64,000 bases of DNA, taken from Octopus vulgaris (lineage: Eukaryota). The position numbers were made by a program, and so were the translations under genes. Below are positions 37,956 through 50,950 of the stretch, in pieces. The notes under the pieces were generated by a model. It saw only the letters and a program-made list of their open reading frames with translations, did not search any database and was not told the DNA's origin. Location of the stretch: assembly GCA_951406725.2 (NCBI GenBank), contig OX597814.1:171058001-171122000 (forward strand), written 5' to 3'. Positions within the stretch are counted from its first letter, which is position 1. Every line of letters starts with the position of its first letter.

Positions 37956-38467
37956 CAGGGTGGGCCAAAAGTAGGTTTACAGTTATTCAACTACCTCTTT
38001 CGCAGTTTAGAATTGTTCTTTTAGCAAGACGGAGCACCTCCACATTTTGCGTTGATAGTATGAGAATACCTTAACCAAGCCTTTCCACAACGTTTGTTTG
38101 GAAGACGGGGCAGTATCGAACGGCCACCAAGTCCACCTGATTTAACACAAATGGATTTCTTTTTTCGGGGTATTGTAAAGAACAAGGTTTATGAGAAGAA
38201 TCCCAAAACAGTAAGTGAATTAAAAGATTACATTTCTGACGCATTTACTGAAACTGATGGAGATCGGAATTTGTGCCGCACTGTGTGCAGAGTGTTCTGA
38301 AGAGGTTTGAAGAATGTTGCAATGTTGAAGGAGGGCATTTTGAGCATCTGTTTCAGATGTACATAAACAATATGATTGTAAGACAGAAATTTAAATGTAA
38401 TAAAATGTTTTAAAAGAAATTTAAAGTGCCTGCGTGATAACCGTGAACCTACTTATGGGCCAACCTG
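37956..38467 (+). mobile_element. Internally deleted Tc1/mariner element (DD41D/rosa-type spacing), transposase pseudogene remnant
   Basis: TA|cagggtgggccaaaagtaggtttacagttat ... ataaccgtgaacctacttatgggccaacctg|TA. Peptide *QDGAPPHFALIV*EYLNQAFPQRLFGRRGSIERPPSPPDLTQMDFFF has 41 residues between the last two catalytic Asp. Confidence 0.9.
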
Positions 38468-38489
38468 TACAATTTATATATTCTTACGT

Positions 38490-38808
38490 TTGTTTCAGTT
38501 ATTGGACTGCGATCATGCTGGCACCACCGCCTTGATTGACTGTAGTCATGCTGGGGGTCTAGTTGAACAAATCGATCCTAGCACTTATTCTATCGGTGTG
38601 TTTTTGACGAACTGGTAAGTTACGGTGTGGAGGGGGGCATAAACAAACCGTATACACAAATATGTATACAAGTCAACCAAATCCACTCACAAAGCTTTGA
38701 TCAGCCCAAGGCTATAGTAGAAAATACCTGTCCAAGGTGCTACGCAGTGGGACTTGAACCCGGAAACATGTGGTCAAGCGAATTTACCACACAGCCACGA
38801 CTGCGCCT
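38490..38808 (-). mobile_element. Family A SINE, diverged
   Basis: tgtttcagttattggactgcgatcatgctgg .. accacacagccacgactgcgcc. Confidence 0.75.
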
Positions 38809-38879
38809 ACACACACACACACACTTTCGTACGAACGCACGCACATGCTAGTATACTTGCGATGTCCAGTAATGGAAAT

Positions 38880-39102
38880 GCTGGCAGAAACGTTAGCACG
38901 CCGGGCGAAATGCTGAGCAGTATTTCGCCTGTCTCTACGTTCTGAGTTCAAATTCCGCCGAGGTCGACTTTGCCTTTCATCCTTTCGGGGTCGATAAATT
39001 AAGTACCAGTTACGCACTGGGGTCGATATAATCGACTTAATCCATTTGTCTGTCCGTGTTTGTCCTCTCTGTGTTTAGCTCATTGTGGGTAGTAAAGAAA
39101 TA
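38880..39102 (+). mobile_element. Family B SINE
   Basis: gctggcagaaacgttagcacgccgggcgaaatg .. gtagtaaagaaatag. Confidence 0.9.
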
Positions 39103-39586
39103 GGTATGCTAAGGTTCGCGAGGATGAGGGTGTTACAGAGGAACTAGACGGTATAAACCACCCACTTCTGTAAAGTGAAAAGTAACGCTCCAGCTGCGTA
39201 TTCCACATGTAGTGACGTCGTGTACTGTCTACTTATTCGATAAAACAATTATTACAATTATCAAAATAAATAATGCGCCTAACATGAAAGGATAATGACT
39301 TTTTAAAAATTATTGACAGGAAAAGAAATAGAAAAAAAAAATAAAGCAAATTAAAGTAAATAATATTGAACTATATGGAGTGAAGCGTGTGATTCTGTGT
39401 ATGTTGCACACATGCATGATGTTTGTGGGAGTACTATTCGGTTGGTTTTAATGTACATGTGTGTGTGTGTGCGTACCGTTGAACTGATACAAGTCAATTT
39501 ACAGAAACAAATACACGCAACACCGCCACCAAAACATAAACAGATACACGTATTACTGACACTACACAAACACACACACGTGTGTG

Positions 39587-39645
<59 letters not shown>

Positions 39646-39789
39646 ATATTAAATTAGAGATAAAACCACTATTAGGCAAATCAAACAGTGAAAATCATAA
39701 GCCAATACATATAATAATATATATACAAATAATGTATATATATATACACACACACACACACATACATACACACACCCAAAAGATATATA

Positions 39790-39947
39790 CTCTCGGAGTG
39801 GTTGGCGTTAGGAAGGGCATCCAGCTGTAGAAACTCAGCCAGATCAGATTGGAGTCTGCTGCAGCCATCTGGTTCGCTAGTCCTCAGTCAAATCGTCCAG
39901 CCCATGCTAGCATGGAAAGCGGATGTTAAACGATGATGATGATGATG
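39790..39947 (+). mobile_element. Family C SINE 3' part
   Basis: ctctcggagtggttggcgttaggaagggcatccagctgtagaaac .. aaacgatgatgatg. Confidence 0.85.
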
Positions 39948-40515
39948 TACATAGCGTGCCACCAAGAAGATGTTAACATCTGATAACTCAATTTTCATTT
40001 CTTTATAGATTTACTAATTAGAAACAATGAAATAAACCTGACTAAGCTTTTGAACAAAACGTTACTGGAAGTTTGAAAATGCAGTCAAAGCACAAAGACA
40101 GTTTAGGAGGGAAGTTTCAAACAGATCCACCTTCAGGATTTGAATTAGAGATAAATATGAAGCAAGATGGAAATGTCCCAGAAGACGACATGCAAAAATA
40201 CTAAAAAAAAGTATAGCCAGTGTTCACAGAAATCTGTGCAGTCAAGTAAGTTGTGAGATACGAATCTCAAAATCAAGGGCTGATTGCATTTTGAAACATT
40301 GTCATTATGTTTCATTCCAAATAGTGCTTGCACTCAATGATGATGATCCAGACCAAAGGGTAGAGTTTTGTAAGTGGTACTTGGCAAGACATGTAGAAGA
40401 AGCATACTTTCCAACAAGGATTGCTTAGAATGATGAGGCTACATTTGAATTAAATAACACAGTTAACTGCCACAAAAAAAGTCATGGAGCAAAAAAAAAA
40501 GAAACTAATCATATA

Positions 40516-40950
40516 GGCGCAGGAGTGGCTGTGTGGTAAGTAGCTTGCTTACCAACCACATGGTTCCGGGTTCAGTTCCACTGCGTGACACCTTGGGCAA
40601 GTGTCTTCTACTGTAGCCTCAGGCCAACCAAAGCCTTGTGGGTGGATTTGATAGACGGAAACTGAAAGAAGCCTATCGTATATATGTATATGTATATATA
40701 TATATATGAGTGTGTGTGTGTGTGTGTGTGTATGTTTGTGTGTCTGTGTTTGTCCCCCCCAACGTCGCTTGACAACCGATGCTGGTGTGTTTACGTCCCC
40801 GTAACTTAGTGGTTCTGCAAAAGAGACCGATAGAATAAGTACAAGGCTTACAAAGAACAACTCCTGGGGTTGATTTGCTCGACTAAAGGCGGTGCTCCAG
40901 CATGGCCACAGTCAAATAACTGAAAGAAATAAAAGAATAAAAGAAAAGAA
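40516..40950 (+). mobile_element. Family A SINE, full length
   Basis: Matches the family A consensus. Confidence 0.92.
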
Positions 40951-41199
40951 TATTCCATGAAGAAAATGACTTGCTAATGACCAGCATGGTCATCAACTAG
41001 GAAGAAGCTGCTTTACACAGCTCCTACAACACAATGATTGGATGATAAAACAGTTGCTCGCCCTTTAAAATAGCAATATATCAATATATCTCAATTTAAT
41101 AAAAAACCTTTAATAAAGTCAGTCACAGAATGATATCATAACCTGCATGATCTTGGCACAGTTGGAAAACTATATTAATGGCTACATGGCTTTTTAAAA

Positions 41200-42030
41200 C
41201 AGATTCCTGACAGTTGTAACCAATGGGGCTATCTTCCATGAAACAATAATAATGATAGGAGCCCCGCAGAGTATGATCTTCAGGCCACTGCTAGTCAGTG
41301 ACACTCATACATGCCCTTAGTTATGCAGAGAGCAAAACTCACTAGATATGCACCACGAGGTACCAAAGTATCACAGATGATAGAGAACCTGGTAGATGCT
41401 ATGCACCTGCAACATGACTTACATCTTAGAATATGAGTAGGCTGAAGGAATTAAAATGCAATTTAATGCTGAAAAATTCTAAACCCTCAACTATCAGTAG
41501 ACGAAATTCAATGCAATGCTGAGAAAATACTTTGGATCAGAAGAAATTGCAGCCCAAGAATCACAATCAGTATGTGACCAGGTATTTAATATAAGTAATG
41601 ATGCTTCTTTTCATGTGCAGATTAAGATGTCAATGAAATGTAGGTAGCTAGTCAGATAAGATTCTAGGAACTTTTAGAGCTCAAGGACAGGAAACCATGA
41701 TGGTCCTCTGGAGAATATTTGTCCACAGCTATCTAGATTATTGTCCCCAATTGTGGTTCCCATACAGTGTAAAATTAATGGAACTTAAAGCAATCCAAAA
41801 CTAAAAAAAAAAAAAAAAAAAAAAATTGCCTCGGTGAAACAGATCAGCTACTGAGAAACTGAAGATGGAAAAAATATGCAGTAATGTATAGCTGGGAAAT
41901 CCTAGAAGGATTTGCATCAAACTTTGGTATTGAAAGCTATACTAACCCTCAAACAGAGCACCAGTGCAGAGTACCAAAGATCCAATCCTTGCAATTGAGA
42001 TCAAAAACTAGATACTGCATTAGCTTAAGA
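41200..42030 (+). pseudogene. Decayed CR1/L2-group LINE reverse-transcriptase region
   Basis: Remnants GAPQSMIFRPL (GVPQG motif), KMQFNAEKF and NFGIESYTN..CRVPKI; many stops and frameshifts; similar to the 51800 and 61050 copies. Confidence 0.7.
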
Positions 42031-42314
42031 AAGACTGAACTGGTGTGTAGTTCAGGGAAGACTGCACTAGTATGGTCATGTGATGCGTATGGATGTGGAC
42101 AGCTGCATAAAGAAGTGCTGATCACTCAATACAGATGAAGCTTATGGAAGAGGGTGACCCAAGTTAACATGGGATGCAGTTATGAAGGCTGATTACAGGT
42201 AACCTTGAACCTCACAGAGATAACAAGGGAGTGAGATGATTGGCAGTATGCAGTTCTCAAAAAGACCTGCCAAACTTTGAGGCGACTAACTTCTGAAAGC
42301 TCTGTGTATGTGCA

Positions 42315-42345
<31 letters not shown>

Positions 42346-43205
42346 TTGTGTATACAAGCTGCCCCTTTACCAAAATTTCCTCCCCGAAGGCACCATTATC
42401 ACCTTCCATTTCTCCAGCTGCAGTTTTTCTTTGAATACCATTAATCTTCCAAACTGCCCCAAACCGTTTCATGATATTCATCCCTCATTCTTAATACTGT
42501 CCTCACCATCCATATTTTACATTCCACCCACCCAGCTATCAAATCATCTCACCCCAATCATCATTACTATTCTACTTTTACTATTCTTCATTACATTTGG
42601 TTACCACTACGCCTTACCTACCGCAGCCTAATCCAATCTTCACCTACTCTTCCCTACTTCCCCTATTTAGATCTGCTCAATACTTGTTCTTAATTCATAA
42701 TAGTTATTTACTGCCTCACTATTACCCATCTCTCACTTGTCCATTCTTGCAACCTCCATCCACCTATATTCTCTGTTATGTATGTTACCATTCACTTCTA
42801 CTCACAGATGCCTCATCACTACTATTTTCCTCCCTCCTCCAGTCACTCCCTACATTATATTCTAAAATGTGAGAAGCCATGTGGCTCCTCTACAACAAGA
42901 AACCTGTTCTGATCTGGTCCCTTCTCTCATACTTTAACTCTTTGTCTCCTAACAGGAAAATAAGGTCACTCTCTCAGGGTTTATTGTTTTACAAGCTGTG
43001 TGGCAACCTTACAAATCCTGATAGCATGAGAAAAGCAGCCAGTACATACTGTAAATTGGTTGGTGTAGGAAAGGTACACAGCCATACAGACCATGCCAAA
43101 GTAAACAGTGGAGCATGATGCAGTTCTTGGACCCATGAGATCCTGCCAAATGATCCATCCCATGCCAGCATGGGATAAGGGTATTAAATGATGATCATGA
43201 TGATA
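42030..43205 (+). mobile_element. Decayed RTE LINE 3' end with pyrimidine-rich UTR and Meta-like/(GAT)n tail
   Basis: RLH*YGHVMRMDVDSCIKKC..GRG*PKLTWDAVMK..DDWQYAV, then a CT-rich tract and ttggtgtaggaaaggtac..gccagcatgg..atgatgat. Confidence 0.6.
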
Positions 43206-43660
43206 TATACATATGCATACATATACACGTCTATCTATCTATCTAAACACACACACATGTACACATACACCTGTACATATATATATGCATATTATATACA
43301 GAATGATGATCCCTACATCTTTACAGGTGTTATCAATCTCAATCATATTTCACCTTGATCATCTCTATTACATCTCAGTGTGCTCTGAGATTACTCTTAA
43401 GACTTAACAGTTGACCTGATGTGCTTCAAGTATGTATAATAGATTAGATTCAAAGCATTTACAGAGTTTGCACATAGCTAACATAAAGTTCAGTAATTTC
43501 ATGCAGGCTTACACAGCTAGTTCTTAAACGAAAATGTTGGTCACAAAGATTGCATTTCCAACTCTTTTTCTTATCTGGTACATCCACAATACCTCCCTTT
43601 TTCAAAGTATGTTTCAACAGTGCATGCTACTCTTTGGCTAGCTCAAAGTGCACAATACCT

Positions 43661-43887
43661 ATTTCTTTAGCCACAAGGGGCTAAACACAGAGGGGACAAA
43701 TAACGACAGACAAACAGATTAAGTCGGTTATATCGACCCCAGTGCGTAACTGGTACTTAATTTATCGACCCCGAAAGGATGTAAGGCAAAGTCAACCTCG
43801 GCGGAATTTGAAGTCAGAATGTAATGGCAGACAAAATACAGCTACGCATTTCTCCCGGCGTGCTAACATTTCTGCCAGCTCACCGCC
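43661..43887 (-). mobile_element. Family B SINE with 16-bp TSD
   Basis: AAAGTGCACAATACCT at 43645-43660 and 43888-43903. Confidence 0.93.
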
Positions 43888-46192
43888 AAAGTGCACAATA
43901 CCTTCCTACAACAGAGAACTCCATCTATTTCTATCACCACTTATTCTTCCCAGAACTGAAAATCTATTTTCATTTTCACTGAGTGGCTGCATTTGAATTT
44001 CAGCACACTTTTAGGTATCCTTTGTTGGGGTAAACAGTAAAAGAAGTCACTCTAAAAACATGCATATATGGTCTACATCCAGTTGCTGTAGTTTCCACAG
44101 CCTGTCACTGCTTACTCAGATAAGACAGACTGAATGTGTATATTACAGACACACACACACACACACACACACTACACAGTGGTCTGTTAAACTGGTAGAA
44201 ATACCAACCAAATCTTAAAGACACACTAAATAACATAATTGTCCATACAATATATGTGAGAAGAAAGATGGAATGGTCACGTCTGGAATGTCTCTTGTGG
44301 AAGTACTATTGAAACAGAGGTTATCTGGAGTTAACCAACAACAGAAACTGAAACAACCAAATGTATTCATAAATCAAAAACAACACAGACAATGATATGT
44401 TCTTCTTTGCATACTGTCTCGGCAACCCATTTCAAAATCCATTTAGGAGAACCTAAGAGAAAGTTCTGAGATTTCAAATAGTCATAAACAACACTGATTC
44501 ATATGATTCTTTCAAATAGAAGGCTTTTTCAATGTAAATAATAGTTTCTTGTTTTTTGCTAACAAAATTTAACATTAATACTGAAGGTACAAGTTCTGCT
44601 GGGCCAGACAAGTTGCAAGGTTTACAGACAACAGGTGAATCCAATGCAGCTGCCGAGAGGTATCCAAGGGATTGAAAAAGGCCAGGTGGAAGGCCTCAGT
44701 GACAATGGGAAGATGATTTAGTAAAACCATTTGGATGAGCATGGAAGAAAGAACTGGAAGCTCATTGTGACCAGCAGTGTATAACATCCGATAGTGTGAT
44801 AGAGATGATAGGTGAATATAACAATATCATACATCATTGTTTAACATCTGTTTTCCATGCTAGCATGGGTTGGACGGTCCGACCAGGGTCTGGGAAGCCA
44901 GGAGGCTGCACCATATAAAAATACAACTTCTGAGAATAACAAGAAATATTTCAGGAGTGAATGACTTAAATAGAAGTTGATGAAACAATAAAAGCAAAAA
45001 ATATTCAGTTTAGAGTTAAATTTTGTAATCTGCATTTATACTTTTTCATTTGTAACAAACTCAAGATTTTAGAGATTGTGTAATGCATGTCTGTGTGTAT
45101 GCACGCATGTGGATATACATAACCCGTGTAAGAGAGGGATTATATATATATATATATATAACAATTGCAGTGTGGAAGGTGTTTGTAAGCCACTGCAATT
45201 GTTTTCGTTTCAGCACACGATCTCAGATCAAATCACATGCTATGCAAGTACATCTCCGTAATATATATATATATACTGTTCAAAGAGAATCAATGTTTAA
45301 TGTATGACTGCTGGTATTTAGCAATATTATCAATCGTGGAGAGAGTGGAGTGCAAAAAAAAAAAAAAACGACGAATTATATTTTGAACTTAAGCAAGAAC
45401 TGAATAAAAAAACTTGAAACTATTCTTTACAATATTTGACCATTTCTGCAACATCAATGAACCAAGTAACTTCTTATAATGCTAAAAATAGTTCAATTTA
45501 CCATTTATCAAATGTTACTGATGTATTATTAGCTTATACAATGTTAAAAAAAGTGTCTTCCTCATTCGTGCTTAATGAAAATGTACTCTACATTTATTAA
45601 CATATATATGGGATGAATACAATGTATGATAATAACAAGGATGTTCATTTAAACGAATAAAATTTTTAATGAATGCCATTTTTAAATAAATGGCACACAC
45701 AAGTGTGACTGGGGGGAGACTGTGTGGTTAAGAAGTTTACTTCCCAATCACATGGTTTTGAGTCCACTGCATGGCATTTTGTGCAAGTATTTTCTACTAA
45801 AACCTCAAACTAACTGAAGCCTTTTGAGTATATTTGGTAAAGAGGAACTGTAATAATTGTGTACATAAATGTGTGTTTCTTGACATCATGTGATTGTTAT
45901 AAATGAATATCATTCATATACAATATTGCTTGAAAACATGTCAGGCCATGAGGAAATATTATATTGATTGAACAGATGTAAGAGTTGGCAACAGGAAGGG
46001 CATCCAACCATAGTAACATTTTCAGAACTATACAACTGCAAGGTTTATTGTTTGAATCTCTAGCAATGCTTCCAAACTACAAGCACTTTGCATAAAAATT
46101 AATAACCATCAAATAAAGCAATAATCAATAATGGCAATGATCATGATTGTACTGGAAGAAAAAGGTACTGTACGATAAGAAATAATTTAATA

Positions 46193-46571
46193 AACCAAAG
46201 TTCCAATCTAAGAAGGGTCCAAACTATACCACTTCTATTCTATTTAGCTGCACTCCCACAGGAACTGGCCATTAATGAATAATAACAACACAGGTACAGC
46301 ACCCGCGGTTTTCCGGGGAAGGGAGCTGTTGATTAAGACAATATTTTATTATTGATCTGAGGGACAACAAGCAAGATTTGAACCAAAGTTCCAATCTAAG
46401 AAGGATCCAAACTATACCTCTTCTATTCTATTTAGCTGCACTCCCACAGGAACTGGCCAATAATGAATAATAATAACAACACAGGCACAGCACCTGCAGT
46501 TTTCAGGGGAAGGGATCTGTCGATTAAGACGATATTTTATTATCAATCTGAGGGATAACAGGCAAGATCTG
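46193..46571. repeat. Tandem duplication, 2 copies of ~188 bp
   Basis: aaccaaagttccaatctaagaagg..tttagctgcactcccacaggaactggcca..gcaagat(t/c)tg occurs twice with scattered differences. Confidence 0.9.
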
Positions 46572-48321
46572 AAAGATGAATGAGGAGCCAACCCTAACAC
46601 AATACCCCAGGACATTTTTTTGCTGAGGCTCTAATGATTCTGCCAATAATAATGAGAATTTCAATATTATCATCCTATATTATCATATCATTATTTAATG
46701 TCTGTCTTGTGTGAGTATGTTTGTGTCTCCTTGTCTTGCCATATTGTTGCTGTAAGTGAATGTTATTCATTTCCAATATTCTGGGAAAGCATATCTGCCC
46801 ATGGGGAATTATTACTTTGCTTGGAAATGAGGTAGATGATTCAACAGGAAACTTTACAATATACAGATACTTTTCCGAAAACTTAGGGACGAAATAAATT
46901 TGCAACATGAAACTAAAACAAACCAGAACTGGGTCTAAATAGTTTTGACTCTTTCTTGTCTTTTGACAACAATTTTGCAGTTTAATAAACATAATTAACA
47001 AAGTAATGCATACAAGAGAAATTTTTGCAAGGGAAACAGATTTTTAAGTAGATGCGTGTATGTATATATAATTGAGAGAGAGAGTCAGAATGTGAGTAAG
47101 TAAGAATGTGTTTGTGTGGTATCTTATATCACATTAAAAAAAAAATAATAATTTCAACAGTTAAGATTTAAACCAGGGTTGACAATGAATCGCTACCTTG
47201 ATTTTCTTTGCTAATAAATGCTTTCATTCTCATACAAATCTCTGTCTGTTGTATGTGCATATTGGTTACACGCATGGAAATAAGTTCCGAAAAACAAAGT
47301 ATTCAAAGTGTGTATATTTTGCACACACATTGATCCAAGTGGAAAGAAGGTGCAGAAGAGGAAAGAGACCAAGGGATAATATATGGAAGAAATAGGGGAA
47401 ACTGACCTCAAGAAGCTGAAACTTATGAAGCAGATGACATAAGCATCAATAATAGATGAGACTTTGTGTTAAAGATGACCAATTCAACACATATATTACC
47501 AGAATAGAAAAACAGACTCATAAGTGTGTGCTGAACTGCACACAGCCAACTGGCTGCTATAGCAAAACAACACTTCATACATACTCTGCAGAACAGAGAA
47601 ATCAGCTAACAACACCATTTGAAAATTTCCAGAAGGGACCTTAACACCGAAATATTGACATACAAGGTAAAAGTACAAACTATAGACCTGTATTATTTCT
47701 TATAACTTGCACTGTTTTGGTTTTATAAATAAATATATTTGAAAACATATCTAATATATAAAGGAGTGAAAGATGTGTATCAGATATATACAGCATATTG
47801 CATTCAACATACACATATCTAAATTTATACACACACCTTGTGTGTAATTCTCTTTAAATCTTGAGTGCCCAAGTGGTACTTAATTTTATCGACCCTGAGA
47901 GAATGAAAGGCAAAGTGAACCTCTGTGGTATTTGAACTCGGAACGTAAAGGAATCGAAAGAAATGTCACTGAGCAGTTTATCTAATATGCTAAAGATTTT
48001 GCCAGCTCACCATACAGTTAATTCCTTGCAATTACATAGTAACCATCAATGAATAAAATTCTTATGCTACTAGCCCAGTAGATGATCAATTTTGACACTG
48101 TCAATAGTAGGATACACATGTATGGATTATATGAGAATAAAATTAAAGCGATTTTACATGCAGTATGGTCATATGGTCGTGTATGTATATATACACATAT
48201 ACACACACCTGTTTCACCTAGTCAATGCTATTTTTTTTTCATTCATTGATATGTATATGATGACAATCCTTTGACTTGTGTCATAGGTTTTTTTAGGTTC
48301 TCTCTCATATACTTCAATACC

Positions 48322-48546
48322 TATTTCTTTACTACCCACAAGGGGCTAAACACAGAGAGGACAAACAAGGACAGACAAACGGATTAAGTCGATTATATCG
48401 ACCCCAGTGCGTAACTGGTACTTAATTAATCGACCCCCGAAAGAATGAAAGGCAAAGTCGACCTCGGCGGAATTTGAACTCAGAACGTAGCGGCAGACGA
48501 AATACGGCTACGCATTTCGCCCAGCGTGCTAACGTTTCTGCCAGCT
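48322..48546 (-). mobile_element. Family B SINE
   Basis: Reverse complement of the family B consensus. Confidence 0.9.
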
Positions 48547-49563
48547 TGAGCTTAACCAGATTCATACATCTCAACAATGACTTTCACACACTTTTTAATT
48601 AATTACCCAATCACAACAATGTGGATTAAGAAAAATTTAATTAGGTCAACCGCAGACTGGTGTAGTCAATAAAGAAAACAAAAAATAACACCTTGTGATT
48701 GTTTGATTCTCTACAATCTATTGACAAATTTTTATCTATTACGAAGATTGCTTTATTGAAACATTTGTATTGCATAACAAAAATTAAATTAGATCGACAG
48801 TTTTAATTCTTTCAAATGGTGGCATAAGTTGTTTTGTAAACAAGAAGCTGACTACTGCTATTTTAAACAGTATAGAAATTGAACCATCCAGAATCACTTA
48901 TTCATATCCAAATCAAATGTTTACACTTTATCAACTTTCACTTTAAATGGAAAAAAAACAAAAAAAAAAAAAAAACATGCAATATATCAAATTTAAAATT
49001 ATTTGCATATGCAATTAATTGGAACCATTCCTTCCAAGCACAAAACACATTGTAGACTTTCTTATCAGACAACAGATGGCGGGGGGATACAACTTCTTGT
49101 AGAACCTGTGCAGAGCATTTTTTTGTTTATAGTGATCAAATGTTTGTGTTGTACATTAAGCTCATGCCCTCCATCAAATTGACATTGCCTGTACAAGTGC
49201 ATGGTGTGCCACACGTCAGATGTCAACATGATTGTAAAGCAGAAGTATTTTATATATATACATATATGTAGCCTTAAAGATATATGAGCATACACACACA
49301 CATGCACATACACACACACACACATGCATTGTGTATATGAACAAAACAGACACAATTTGTAACTATTTCAGAATTATAAACAATATCTTTTATATCTTAA
49401 GAACTGTTTATCAGTCTTTGGCTTGCATCATATAATCATAGAGCAATGTCCTATATAATCAATATAGTCACTTACTTTGAGAGAAGAAACAGTCAATTTT
49501 ACTAGTGTTTTACAGCTACTATATCAACCTTGGAAGGAAAACTATCATCTCTGCTTCATAAAG

Positions 49564-49600
<37 letters not shown>

Positions 49601-50682
49601 GCCTAACCATACCAGCATGTAAATGGTTATAAAATGATGACAATGTTTGTTACTGAGCTGGCAGAACTGTTAGCTTGTTGGGCAAAATACTTAACAGTAT
49701 TTCTTCTGACTCTTTATATTCTGAGTTCAAATGCTGCCAAAGTCAACTTTGCTTTTCATTCTTTCAGGGTCGATAAAATAGCAGTTAAATACTGAGGTTG
49801 GTGTAATTGGCTACCCACTCCCACTAAAATTGATGGTTGCTAGCCAAAAATTTACAACAAAAATTTATAACAATTATTATTATCTAAGATAGGCACGAAG
49901 CCAACAGTTTGGTTAAAGAGGATTACTAGATCAAACAGACCTTAGTACTTGACTGGTACTTTTTTTATTGACCCTGGGAAGATAAAAAGACAAAAGTTGA
50001 ACTCAGCAGGATTTGAACACAGGGTAGGAAAAAAGCCAAAACAAATTCCACAATAATAATAATTTATTTCTCACTTGAACGATAGATAAGGGGATAATGC
50101 AAGGACAAGCCCAATCATATAAATAAAAACAAAGAAAAGACAGAAAGAACAGAGGAGGTTACCAAAGGCAACTCTTTCTAACACAACCGGGTTTGCACTA
50201 ATTACAAGTCATGTCCTTCAACCTACAAGTGTAGGATGAATGTAGTCTTTTTTCACCCAGATCATACTCTCACATATTTGAGTAAATGTAAGAGAAACCA
50301 ACAATGATTTCCAACATTAGCATGAGGGCACATATTTGATGGACAGGGGAATACAGTAGAATGTGTAATGGTAATATTATCTATCTCTGGGGATAGCAAG
50401 ATAGAAAGACCAATAGAGAAACAAGCACAAATTCTGAACAGAGGTTGTTCCATATTTTAATGACTCAGAGTGTGTAATAAAGCATGTTTTAATTTTTTTT
50501 AATAATAGATATTTCTTTTCATAGCCAAGGGGCCCCAACACACTGGGAAAAATGCAAAGGTTGAATGCATGGGAGAACAATAAACAAGAGAAATTAGGAT
50601 TTATAAGTAAAATAAAAAAAATTTTAATTTCAAAATACAAATACAAAGGATGGGGGGATAAGTTGATAAAAACTATAGAATT

Positions 50683-50950
50683 CATCATCATCATCATCAT
50701 CGTTTAGCGTCCGTTTTCCATGTAGCATGGGTTGGACGGTTCTACTGGGGTCTGTGAAGCCAGAAGGCTTCATCAGGCCCAGTCAAATCTGGCAGTGTCT
50801 CTACGGCTGGATGCCCTTCCTAACGCCAACCACTCCGTGAGTGTAAAAGTGGGTGCTTTTTACATGCCACCCGCACAGGTGCCAGACATAGCTGGCAAAC
50901 GGCCACGAACGGATGGTGCTTTTTATGTGCCACCGGCACGAGGGCCAGGC
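50683..50950 (-). mobile_element. Family C SINE
   Basis: (CAT)n cgtttagcgtccg .. ggatgcccttcctaacgccaacc. Confidence 0.85.
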
